Below, piece by piece: positions 47,445-56,338 of a DNA stretch of 64,000 nt. Below the pieces are notes generated by a model. The model saw nothing but the letters and a program-made list of their open reading frames with translations. It searched no databases and was not told where the DNA came from. The position numbers were made by a program, and so were the translations under genes. Location of the stretch: positions 2,118,327 through 2,182,326 of the forward strand of contig OY760694.1 of NCBI GenBank assembly GCA_963663955.1, given 5' to 3'. Source of the DNA: Acidimicrobiia bacterium. GTDB taxonomy: Bacteria > Actinomycetota > Acidimicrobiia > Spongiisociales > Spongiisociaceae. The stretch's first letter is position 1; the number at the start of each line of letters is the position of its first letter.

Positions 47445-48280
47445 TCCCGCGGAACGCACTTCAAGGATTCCGCGTCGGCCTCTCAGTGTCCGACAGCGAT
47501 GACCTCGAACGGCTTGGACTATCACAAGCACATGCGGAGCTAGCCGTAGGTGAACTGGCCAGAGCTGTGCTAGTCGCAGGAGGCAGTCTGGTTTATGGAG
47601 GACGAATTAAGCCCTCGGGCTTCACGCAAATCCTAATGCACGAGGTTCATCGCTATGGCGATGGACAGAACATAATAACTCTTTGCCTTGCTGCACCTGA
47701 ACACCGCAAGCTCTCCCGACGTGAACTAGATGACTTAGGCCAAGAGCTGGGTACAGAAGGTCGCTTAGTTTGCCTAGATGAGACAGGACGTGAAATACAC
47801 GGGATACTGAGTTCGAAAGCTAAGGATCCTGATCCCATTCCCGAAGATGAAGCAAGGCGATCCTACAGTTCGTTACGACGCTACATGAGGACCATTACAG
47901 ATGCTCGAGTTCTCATTGGTGGCAAGCTATCAGGCTTTAAGGGATCAATACCGGGAATTATCGAAGAAGCGATCGTCACAATCGAGAAACGGCAGCCTCT
48001 CTATGTGTCAGCAGGTTTCGGAGGAGCTGCTGCATTGGTTGCACAGCAACTCGACATTGATGACTTGAGTTGGGCACCCCCGGATTTTCCAACATATCCC
48101 ACCGAGGATAAGCGGATTGAACAGGCGCTCGAAAGCCTTGACACGGTAGCCTTATCCTCCATGTGGAGCGCCAGTTCTCTAGGACTCGACAGGCGAGCCC
48201 TCCACCGACTCGCAGCTTCACATCGGGCGAGCGAGATCGCATCACTAGTAGTTGTGGGCCTATCTCGATTGACACGATAA
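47429..48280 (+). CDS. SLOG/LOG-family (Rossmann-like, 'Lonely guy'-fold) protein, TIR-associated
   Basis: 283 aa; …VLVAGGSLVYGGRIKPSGFTQILMHEV… (LOG GGxGxMG-like) and …GFKGSIPGIIEEAIVT… (PGGxGTxEE-like). Co-operonic with the tandem-TIR gene. Confidence 0.5.
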   Translation: MATELIPRNALQGFRVGLSVSDSDDLERLGLSQAHAELAVGELARAVLVAGGSLVYGGRIKPSGFTQILMHEVHRYGDGQNIITLCLAAPEHRKLSRRELDDLGQELGTEGRLVCLDETGREIHGILSSKAKDPDPIPEDEARRSYSSLRRYMRTITDARVLIGGKLSGFKGSIPGIIEEAIVTIEKRQPLYVSAGFGGAAALVAQQLDIDDLSWAPPDFPTYPTEDKRIEQALESLDTVALSSMWSASSLGLDRRALHRLAASHRASEIASLVVVGLSRLTR

Positions 48281-48442
48281 GGTTCAACGGGTTCGGTCCA
48301 CAACGGACATGGATGGCAGTGAGCCGTACCTGGTTTGCCGGCTCTTCGCGAATAAGGGGGAGTAGCCGATAAACTTGACACGAGAGGGTTGGAGCGGGGG
48401 AACACTGAGACTCGCGGGTTCGTGAACGTGGAGAGGCTTATG

Positions 48443-48640
48443 GAAGTACCGGCTGAGATCATATTCGAGGTGAACGAGGCCGCGGAAGGTGGCTTCGATG
48501 CTCGAGCGCTTGGCTACAGTATCTTCACGCAGGGCGAAGACTGGGCTGACCTCAAACCGATGGTCAGGGATGCCATACTCTGCCACTTCGGTGACAGGGA
48601 CCAACAACAAGGTCGTCAGGCTGCACTTCGTAAGGGATGA
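48443..48640 (+). CDS. HicB-like antitoxin N-terminal-domain protein (UPF0150-like), orphan
   Basis: …MEVPAEIIFEVNEAAEGGFDARALGYSIFTQGEDWADLKPMVRDAILCHF matches the HicB N-domain pattern (…DGGY.A…G..TQGDT.EEA…A…); no adjacent HicA recognised. Confidence 0.4.
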   Translation, partial: EVPAEIIFEVNEAAEGGFDARALGYSIFTQGEDWADLKPMVRDAILCHFGDRDQQQGRQAALRKG

Positions 48641-48696
48641 AGCTATAGCGGTATGGGACCCCCGCGCGCGCCTCCCCGCCAAACGCCAACGGTCGG

Positions 48697-49050
48697 CTAT
48701 TCGTGTTCCTGGTCCCGCTCGTAGCGATGCAGTGCCACCATGAACATCGTGAACAGGATCGCGGAGGCTACGGTGAAGGCACCGGGGATTATCCGGATCT
48801 CGAAGGCGTTCAACCCCTCGAAATCGACCGGGCGAGGTCCCCGGGGAGCGTATAACACGAACAGAACCGAGTTGATGGTGGTCCAGCCGAAGATGCCGGC
48901 GCCTGATACCAGAATGGCCAAACGCTTACCGAGGTTGGTGTATTGCAACAGGTAGACACTGCCGAAGAATACGAGAACTGCGGCCAGCGTCAGAACAATC
49001 CCCGTAAACAGCAGGTTCTGCGATAGAAGAGCCCGAAACAGCTCGCGCAC
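48697..49050 (-). CDS. small membrane protein (3 predicted TM helices), last gene of the cytochrome bc operon
   Basis: 117 aa hydrophobic ORF whose start abuts the cytochrome c gene stop. Confidence 0.45.
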   Translation of the reverse strand: MRELFRALLSQNLLFTGIVLTLAAVLVFFGSVYLLQYTNLGKRLAILVSGAGIFGWTTINSVLFVLYAPRGPRPVDFEGLNAFEIRIIPGAFTVASAILFTMFMVALHRYERDQEHE

Positions 49051-50513
49051 TATCCTCCCCCTCCTTCATCGCCGTCGATGTACTCGACACCATCGAGGGT
49101 AGAACCCCTCAGATAGCCGACGATCAGATTCAAGTCGTCCTCGGATAGGACCATCCCGAAACCGGGCATCCGCCCCGAACCGACTCCGTTGACACCGTAT
49201 CCCACCCCTTCGACCGAACCGTTGGAGATGAAGTCATACATGTCTTCGACGGTTAGGAACTGGGTCAGTGATCGGCCATCTCGCAACGACGGGCCGAGCG
49301 CTCCCGAAGCCTGGACCTGTTGGAAGGAAGGGCCTGCCGAATAACCGGCCGTGTGGCAGCGTGCGCAGTAGGAATTGTACAGGCTCACGGCTCGCTTAGC
49401 CGCCTCCTGGTCACTTCCGAAAGAGGCATCCGCCACCGCGGCGATGTCGACTTCCCAACGGGCATCAGCGGCCGCGTCCTCCAAGAATCCGAGACCGAAA
49501 CGCGCTTGGCCGATCAGAACATCCTGGTTCGCGAAGGTAATGCTGAGTGAAGTGGCCGTGGATTCGAGATCGCCGACCGCTCGTGAAGCGGAAACGAAGT
49601 CCCCGATGCCGATCAAGGTCTCGGCATTTCGGGGATCGAACGATAATCCGGAAGCCAGGAACCCGGCTTCGAAGGCCTGACCGAGCACAGAAGTGAGCCC
49701 GATCTCCGCTACGTCCGACAACCCGTCACCATCGGTGTCGATCCCGGTTCCGGTCCTATCGAGCAGGTCACGCGCCTGCTCGGCGAAGTCGGAAGCCACC
49801 GCCGAACTATCGCCGGAGGTCCGGATGGTCTCGATCAATTCCTCCTGCTCGGTTATCTGGGCGGCTACCGAATCGGCGGCGCCGGAAAGTCGATTCACGG
49901 CCCCGTTCACCGAACCCTCGACCTTGAGCAGGGCGCCGGTCTGATCGATTTGGAACGATCCGATGTAGTTGAGCAGGTCATCCACCTGCTGGCTGTTCAG
50001 TGGCCCCCCGCCTTCAAGGCCCCATGGCGGCATAGGAGTGTTCGCCCGTCCGTAAACTATCCAGAATCGTGCTTCGTTCCGGTCGTAACGGTAGAAGATG
50101 TCGTCCAGAGCAGGCGCGGCCCATCCGGCCACGTTGACCTGGGAGCGCTCTTCCAGGAAGGCCGCTACGCCTCCTCCGCCCGCAGCGCCGTGGCAATCCC
50201 CGCATCCGAACTCTTCCCACACCTCATGACCGCGCTCGACGGATGCATGGCTGAACTCCTCTACAAACCCCTCCTGTCGATCGAGTTCACCGAGGTAGTA
50301 GATGGGCATCGCCAGGGTGAGGAACCCGGCTGTGACAACCGCTCCCACCAGCGTGCGGTCCAGGCGGGTGGTTTCCAGCTCATCGTCGGTCTGGGAGACA
50401 GAGAGGTTGGCAGGGACCGGATCCCGGCGTCGCCGACGTGACCCCGAACCCACGAGGTATGCAAACCAGCCGATCGCCGCGAGGGCCACGATCGTGACAA
50501 CTAGCGTGGCCAC
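49050..50513 (-). CDS. qcrC: dihaem c-type cytochrome subunit of the menaquinol-cytochrome c reductase (QcrC-like)
   Basis: Two CxxCH motifs (CGDCH, CARCH); N-terminal TM anchor; immediately downstream of the Rieske gene. Confidence 0.75.
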   Translation of the reverse strand: MATLVVTIVALAAIGWFAYLVGSGSRRRRRDPVPANLSVSQTDDELETTRLDRTLVGAVVTAGFLTLAMPIYYLGELDRQEGFVEEFSHASVERGHEVWEEFGCGDCHGAAGGGGVAAFLEERSQVNVAGWAAPALDDIFYRYDRNEARFWIVYGRANTPMPPWGLEGGGPLNSQQVDDLLNYIGSFQIDQTGALLKVEGSVNGAVNRLSGAADSVAAQITEQEELIETIRTSGDSSAVASDFAEQARDLLDRTGTGIDTDGDGLSDVAEIGLTSVLGQAFEAGFLASGLSFDPRNAETLIGIGDFVSASRAVGDLESTATSLSITFANQDVLIGQARFGLGFLEDAAADARWEVDIAAVADASFGSDQEAAKRAVSLYNSYCARCHTAGYSAGPSFQQVQASGALGPSLRDGRSLTQFLTVEDMYDFISNGSVEGVGYGVNGVGSGRMPGFGMVLSEDDLNLIVGYLRGSTLDGVEYIDGDEGGGG

Positions 50514-50516
50514 CCG

Positions 50517-51413
50517 CTATGCCTCCTCATCGGTGGTAGTCAGGGCGATACAGGATGGACCCTGCGGGTATTGGACTGTCTTGGCGATCGCCCGCGCCGT
50601 CTGGAAGATGGTCCCCGTCTTGACGATGAACCGCCCGTTCTCCTCGAAGACCTCGAAGCGATCCAGGTTGCGCGGCGCCGGACCCGCCTCGTACTCACCG
50701 GCGAAGTTGTATTTGGAACCGTGGCAAGGACATTCGAACCCTTGAGAGGTCTCGCACCAAGGAACCCGGCATCCGAGATGGACGCAGCGTTGGAAGAGGG
50801 CGCTGAGCCCCCCGACCACGACCGGCATCCCATCGAACTGGGAGCGTGAGATGTCCGACTCGGCGAAGGGAATTATGTAGGCCCGGGCCTCCGGCACGAA
50901 CTTGGGGAGTATGGATCCGTCGTTGAGGATCACTTCGGCCTGAATGTCGGCCACCGCGCCTACGTCTATGTCTGAACCGAAACCACCCGAAAGGCGCGGC
51001 CAGAGAAACGCCAGGTAGGAAATGCCGTTGAGCCCTAGGAATGCCCCGAAAGTGATACCGAGGGCGCGGGTGAAGAACTGGCGACGGTTGACGCCCGCTT
51101 CCTGGGGGGACAATTCCTCGACCCGCATGACCTCGACGGTCCGGACCGGGGCGGGTTCCTCGGGTTCAGGAGTCTCGGCAGGGGTCTCGTCGATTTCGGG
51201 CGCCTTTGGTTCCTCCTCCGGAGGACGGGTCACCACCGGCGACGGAATACCGGAACGGTCTGCCCGGCGTGTCTCTCGGGATAGGCCTGATCTCCATGAT
51301 CTCGAGGGTTTGGAAACGTCACCGGAACGCCTGAAAGCGATCACGAAAGCGCCCAGCACCCCGATCATCACCACCGCAGCGATCGCGACGATCAATAGTT
51401 GCAGGGTCGTCAT
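50517..51413 (-). CDS. qcrA: Rieske [2Fe-2S] iron-sulfur subunit (QcrA-like)
   Basis: CVHLGCRVPW…CPCHGSKY Rieske boxes; N-terminal TM helix and Pro/Glu-rich linker. Confidence 0.85.
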   Translation of the reverse strand: MTTLQLLIVAIAAVVMIGVLGAFVIAFRRSGDVSKPSRSWRSGLSRETRRADRSGIPSPVVTRPPEEEPKAPEIDETPAETPEPEEPAPVRTVEVMRVEELSPQEAGVNRRQFFTRALGITFGAFLGLNGISYLAFLWPRLSGGFGSDIDVGAVADIQAEVILNDGSILPKFVPEARAYIIPFAESDISRSQFDGMPVVVGGLSALFQRCVHLGCRVPWCETSQGFECPCHGSKYNFAGEYEAGPAPRNLDRFEVFEENGRFIVKTGTIFQTARAIAKTVQYPQGPSCIALTTTDEEA

Positions 51414-52294
51414 TCGAAATGCACCCAGTCTTTGAGGTCGTCGAACCAGATTCCGTCGGCCCAGGGATAGGTGAAGTTGAACCCGGGACCGCGGAACAGC
51501 GTTCCGAGCAAGGTCAGCGTCGCCGATCCGGCCAGGAATAGGGTGAACAACATGATGGCGAACTTCCGATCGGAGGGCTTGGTGGAGGGGTTCCTGTCCA
51601 CATATGGAATAGCCATGAATCCCAGCAAGCCGGTGATAGTAGGGATGATCACTCCTGCGACCTGCGGATCGTAGTAGGACAGCAACTCCTGCAGACCTAG
51701 GAAGTACCAGGGCGCCTTCGAGGGATTGGGCGTCGCGTTGAAGTTGGCCAATTCCAGGAGGGGCGCCTGAAGGATCACGGACAGAACGATCAGGACGGCC
51801 GTGACAACCAGCAGGGCGGTGAACTCGGCGATCATCAGATGCGGCCAGGTGTTCACCTTGTCGGTTGGAGTGGCCTTGACCTGCTGGATAGCCCTCGCCT
51901 TGACCACGGTGAGAAGTCGCTGCGGCCTAACACCCTCGGGAATCTCCTGGGGCGGCGCTACCGGGCGAGGAGTCACCGTGGTCGCAGCCCCGTTATCCGT
52001 TATGGGTGGGGCGACGGGGGCGGCCGATCCGGTGGGCGCCTCAGCGACCGGCGTCTCGACGCCGACAGTCGGAGGCGCCTCCTGCCCTACCGCAGCCGCC
52101 ACCGGCTCCGGAACTGCAGGAGGAGGCGGCGGTGGTTCCGGCAAGGGTGGCGGAGTCGGGACTGCAGGAGCGGACGGAGGGGTGGCGGGCATCTCCCCCC
52201 GCATCTCGGCCAGCACCTGTTCCATCGGGACACCGAGTGCCCTGGCCTTGGCTTCCGCCGAGCGTCTTAAAAGATGTTCCGGTATTTCGACCAT
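51410..52294 (-). CDS. cytochrome b C-terminal-domain protein (subunit IV / PetD-like) with long Pro-rich N-terminal extension
   Basis: …PNPSKAPWYFLGLQELLSYY… (PEWY-like motif) and 3 TM helices. N-terminal 100 aa are Pro/Ala-rich after a conserved MVEIPEHLLRRSAEAKARA peptide. Confidence 0.7.
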   Translation of the reverse strand: MVEIPEHLLRRSAEAKARALGVPMEQVLAEMRGEMPATPPSAPAVPTPPPLPEPPPPPPAVPEPVAAAVGQEAPPTVGVETPVAEAPTGSAAPVAPPITDNGAATTVTPRPVAPPQEIPEGVRPQRLLTVVKARAIQQVKATPTDKVNTWPHLMIAEFTALLVVTAVLIVLSVILQAPLLELANFNATPNPSKAPWYFLGLQELLSYYDPQVAGVIIPTITGLLGFMAIPYVDRNPSTKPSDRKFAIMLFTLFLAGSATLTLLGTLFRGPGFNFTYPWADGIWFDDLKDWVHFE

Positions 52295-52310
52295 CGGTCC
52301 TCAACAGTCC

Positions 52311-53084
52311 TTACAACGGTCCGGATATTCCACCGTCCTTCCGTACCCGCCAGAAGTGAACGGCCATGAAGATGACGATTACAAACGGTAGGAAGAGCAC
52401 ATGCAAAACATAGAACCTGAGCAGCGTGTTGCCGGTGACTTCGATCCCACCTAGCAGTGCAAACTTAACCTGATTACCGAATAACGGAGTGAAACCGGCC
52501 ATGTTGGTACCCACCGTGACCGCCCACAGCGCCAACTGATCCCACGGCAACAGGTATCCGGTAAACGAGAGCAGCAGGGTGAGCAGGAGGAGCACAACCC
52601 CCACCACCCAATTGAACTCACGAGGAGGCTTGTACGCGCCGTGGTAGAACACCCTCGACATATGGAGGAACACCGTGAGAACCATCAGGTGGGCGCCCCA
52701 GCGGTGCAGGTTGCGCACCAGAGACCCGAAAGCCACCGAGGTAGATAGCGCTTCCACATCGATATAGGCGGCGGGTTCGGTCGGGCGGTAGTAGAACATG
52801 AGAAATATGCCGGTGATGGTGAGCAGGATGAAGAGGAAGAAGCTCAAACCACCCAAGCACAGCGTATAGGAGAGCCGAACCGCGTGCCGCTTCACCTTGA
52901 CCGGGTGAAGATGGTACAGCACGTTGTTCATGATCACGTAGGAACGGTTACGGGGGCTGTCGCTGTATCCCCTCTTGAATGGAGATCCAGGCCTGAACAT
53001 CGACTCCCAGAAGGGGCTCCTCCGGAAGGAATCAGCCGCTTCTGCTACCCGGTCCCTGAGCTTCAACCCGTCACCGATCACCAA
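52311..53084 (-). CDS. qcrB: cytochrome b6-like N-terminal-domain subunit (split cytochrome b, QcrB/PetB-like)
   Basis: 257 aa, 4 TM helices, haem-ligand His in …[12 protein letters not shown]… and …VLHVLFLP… contexts; cytochrome b N-domain pattern. Confidence 0.8.
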   Translation of the reverse strand: MVIGDGLKLRDRVAEAADSFRRSPFWESMFRPGSPFKRGYSDSPRNRSYVIMNNVLYHLHPVKVKRHAVRLSYTLCLGGLSFFLFILLTITGIFLMFYYRPTEPAAYIDVEALSTSVAFGSLVRNLHRWGAHLMVLTVFLHMSRVFYHGAYKPPREFNWVVGVVLLLLTLLLSFTGYLLPWDQLALWAVTVGTNMAGFTPLFGNQVKFALLGGIEVTGNTLLRFYVLHVLFLPFVIVIFMAVHFWRVRKDGGISGPL

Positions 53085-53092
53085 TACCTCCG

Positions 53093-53548
53093 TTACCAGC
53101 GCATTCCATACGTATAACCGTTCTTGAAGTCACGAGCGCCGGTATCCAAGTCCCATGGCGCCTGATCGATCAACCCGGCGTTGAGCGCGTTGTCGGTTAC
53201 CGAGCCCTCGAACTTCCCGATCGATATCACGTTGGTCGGACACCGATCGATACACAGCTGGCACCGTGTGCACTCGTACTCATCCACCACGAAAAAGCCC
53301 ACATTGTCAGGGCTATCCTCGGGATGATCGACACCGTAGGCCTCATCGATCGCATCCAGTGACAAGTAGTGGATGCACTTCCAGGGGCAGATATCAACGC
53401 AGCCTTCACAAAGGATGCACTCCGCCTGATTGATATGGAGGAACTGGCGGGGTCGAACCTGGCCCTGGACGTACCCGGCCTCCACCATGGCCAGCTGGTA
53501 ATCGTCACGAAACGGGGGCGTCTCGAACCAGACCTCCGATTTGGCCAT
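53093..53548 (-). CDS. 2x[4Fe-4S] ferredoxin-type protein
   Basis: [12 protein letters not shown] and [12 protein letters not shown] cluster motifs. Confidence 0.75.
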   Translation of the reverse strand: MAKSEVWFETPPFRDDYQLAMVEAGYVQGQVRPRQFLHINQAECILCEGCVDICPWKCIHYLSLDAIDEAYGVDHPEDSPDNVGFFVVDEYECTRCQLCIDRCPTNVISIGKFEGSVTDNALNAGLIDQAPWDLDTGARDFKNGYTYGMRW

Positions 53549-54322
53549 CTACTTAGCTCCTTTGACAAGTGGGCGGCCGTATGGCGAAACCTTCTCCGAA
53601 CGAGTCGCGACAGGTATCGGACCACCGAACCCTTGAACCCAGCGGGCAAACAGGATGATAAAGGTCAGAGCAGCCATATTGTAGTTGATCGATACGAAGT
53701 CCTTGATCGCTCCCCAACTAACCCCCACCTGGTTACCGAGAACCAGCGGCTCCCAAATCGTGAAGGCGTCGTTCTGTTCCGTCCAGTTGAGGGGGCCCTG
53801 CGCCAAGTTCAGCCACTCGGACGCTACGTTGCCCAGCAACATCACCAACTCGAACATGGCGAGAAACGCGGCAAGCGTGGCCACCGACCAAGTCATCCTC
53901 CTCCCCAGGATCACCGCGATCGTGATTCCCACCAGCATCATCTGGCTACCTACGAAAGCTACGAGATGCCCCACGGTGAACCAGGGGAAGCACCAGTCGC
54001 TACCTTGGAGCAGGCAGTCTCTCGGAACCCATCCGAAAGTATCCACTTCGACGTCGAGAGCGACGGGTACTTGGGGAAGGGCGGCGTCAACGACCGGGGT
54101 GGCCGCTACGGTGCGGCTTTGCCGGTCGAACTCGATTCGATCCCCTGCCTGCAGGCCGGTGGCGCTCTCGACGGGGATGGTCACTGTCTCCACTGATGGA
54201 AAGTTGGCGTAGTGGTTGAACCACACACCCAGCACGACCGCTCCTAGACCTAGGATGAACAGTCCCCAGCCGGACAGTGCCCGATTCCGATCGGTCATCT
54301 GGCGAAGCACGCGTTGCAGCAT
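53549..54322 (-). CDS. membrane protein of unknown function
   Basis: 257 aa; N-terminal and 3-4 C-terminal hydrophobic helices; same strand and contiguous with the ferredoxin/cytochrome b genes. Confidence 0.4.
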   Translation of the reverse strand: MLQRVLRQMTDRNRALSGWGLFILGLGAVVLGVWFNHYANFPSVETVTIPVESATGLQAGDRIEFDRQSRTVAATPVVDAALPQVPVALDVEVDTFGWVPRDCLLQGSDWCFPWFTVGHLVAFVGSQMMLVGITIAVILGRRMTWSVATLAAFLAMFELVMLLGNVASEWLNLAQGPLNWTEQNDAFTIWEPLVLGNQVGVSWGAIKDFVSINYNMAALTFIILFARWVQGFGGPIPVATRSEKVSPYGRPLVKGAK

Positions 54323-54497
54323 CAGGTTATTTCGTCTCCATACGTTTCGGCTCGGTCCCCCACCCCTGACCGTGGCGACACCCTGCTGGACGCCGACAGA
54401 CCGGAGGCGGGCCTGGATTCGAGTTTAGTGGATACCATTGAAACACAAAGGCGGGCGCTCGCTAAACCAAGATGGAGGTCGCAGCGAGTAGATTCCC

Positions 54498-54712
54498 GCT
54501 AGCCCTGATTATTCAGGTTTCCCACACACCGAGGCATGATACGCCAGTTCAACCCGAGTATTTGGGAGGAAGCCCACTGTTCACCCGGCAGGTGAATCTC
54601 TACCCCCGACCGGGGACGGGGAACGCCGAAGGCTGTATTGCCTGGCCAGGGCGCGAATATGGTTCTATTCCACTCATCCTCCAAACCCCCGTCCATGAAT
54701 AATCGGGGCTAA
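54498..54712 (+). repeat. full copy (f) of the MITE-like repeat
   Basis: GCTAGCCCTGATTATTCAGG…CCATGAATAATCGGGGCTAATC. Confidence 0.7.
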
Positions 54713-54883
54713 TCGGGTGACTATCCGGTTCAGATCGGGTCAGGTTCACCGCCGGGGGGAATGGAGGGCGCCGACTATCGTCAGCGCGTGGAGCGGCCTG
54801 ATGAGCTTCGGTGTGTGGGGAACGGGAAGAATCGGGGCTAGTCTACCCTTTGCAAGCAGTAAGCAACCCGGGGAGAATCGGTT

Positions 54884-56338
54884 TTGGTGACCGAAGACAC
54901 CGGCACGGGCAGCCAATCGACGGGAATAGGAGCGAGAGAGACCGCCGTATCCGGTCTCATGCTGTTGTCCTGCCTGATGCTGTTGGCCGGAGCAGCCATG
55001 CAGTGCCTCACGCTTATCAAGTTGGCCATACCCACCCTGTTCGAAGACACCGCCTTCCTTTCCTACGGCCGGCTTCGACCAGTCACGGTAACGCTGCTGG
55101 TGTACGGATTCGGAGGTACCTTCACCCAAGCCGCCGCCTATTACCTAACCCCACGACTGGTCGGGACACGCCTCAAACATCAATCTGCGGCACTCCTCGC
55201 AGGCGTCGGGTACGGCGCTCTGGTCGTGGTCGGTACCCTTGCCATCCTGTTCCGAGGTCCTTCGGGGCCGGAATTGGCCGAGTTTCCCCCACTCATCGAT
55301 TGGCCTCTCGCGGCTCTCATGCTGGTACCCGTAGCCCTCGTAACGTCGATGATTCGCTCTCGAACCGAAAACGGCTACTACGTATCGCTCCTCTACATAA
55401 TCGGCGCCGTGTGGTGGTATCCGGCCCTGCACGTCATGGCCTCGATTCCCGGACTCGGGGGAATTGGACCCTTCCTCCAGACAAGTCTCTTAACGGGAGG
55501 AATGTGGACTCTGGCCCTCCCGGCCGCAGCCCTCGGCTGCGCTCACTACGTCGTCGTCAAGGAGTCCGGCCGACCCCTGTTCTCAGGTCCGTTGGCCCGG
55601 GCCGGATTCTGGACCCTGGCCGGCGTTGCATTGCTGGCTTCGCCGGCCCGCTTCCTGGGCGGGCCTGCCCCGGACTGGACGGAGACGGTTTCGGTGGTCG
55701 CTTCCATGGGCCTGATTCTCGCGGCTCTTACTGTTCTCGCCTCCGTCGCCTTAACGTTGTCAGGCGATTGGGTAACCGCTCAGGAGAGTCCGGTTATCCG
55801 TCCGCTCCTCTACGGTACGGTCGCATACGCGATCATCACTGTTCTTATGGGAGCGTCCGGATTTCGCTCGACGGCGGCTGTGGTCGGACTCACTACCTGG
55901 CATGAGGGACTGGTCACGGGCCTTGCGCTGATCGCCGTCACAGCCCTCGCAATGGCCTTCATCTTCCACGGCCTTCCCAGGACAACCGGCAGGGAACTCG
56001 CCAACCCCCACCTGGCTAACCGGGGTCTAAGGCTGACTATCTGGGGTGGCGCAATAACGTCCGGCGCATTGATGGCAAACGGGCTTCTGAGCGGCCTCAC
56101 ATGGAACTGGGCCTCGGCCTCGGGCGCGCGGACAAACGTGGGTGAAGGATTCTCCTCCACCATGGCCGGGGTGCAGGTGCTGCTTACGGTCTCCGCTCTA
56201 GCATCGCTCGTAGCCTTGCTCGGAATTGCCCTGCTGATCTGGACTGCCGCCACCACCTACCTGGCCGGTAGCGCCCGACCGGAGGAGATTCTGGTGTCGA
56301 CCGTTACCCCTGACGTCGAGGAGTCCGGCAATGAGTGA
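54884..56338 (+). CDS. polytopic membrane protein (~12 TM); possibly a divergent haem-copper-oxidase subunit-I-like protein (speculative)
   Basis: 484 aa, highly hydrophobic; directly upstream of and overlapping a CcoO/FixO-like monohaem cytochrome c gene; the canonical His-ligand pattern of CcoN/NorB is not evident. Confidence 0.4.
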   Translation: MVTEDTGTGSQSTGIGARETAVSGLMLLSCLMLLAGAAMQCLTLIKLAIPTLFEDTAFLSYGRLRPVTVTLLVYGFGGTFTQAAAYYLTPRLVGTRLKHQSAALLAGVGYGALVVVGTLAILFRGPSGPELAEFPPLIDWPLAALMLVPVALVTSMIRSRTENGYYVSLLYIIGAVWWYPALHVMASIPGLGGIGPFLQTSLLTGGMWTLALPAAALGCAHYVVVKESGRPLFSGPLARAGFWTLAGVALLASPARFLGGPAPDWTETVSVVASMGLILAALTVLASVALTLSGDWVTAQESPVIRPLLYGTVAYAIITVLMGASGFRSTAAVVGLTTWHEGLVTGLALIAVTALAMAFIFHGLPRTTGRELANPHLANRGLRLTIWGGAITSGALMANGLLSGLTWNWASASGARTNVGEGFSSTMAGVQVLLTVSALASLVALLGIALLIWTAATTYLAGSARPEEILVSTVTPDVEESGNE

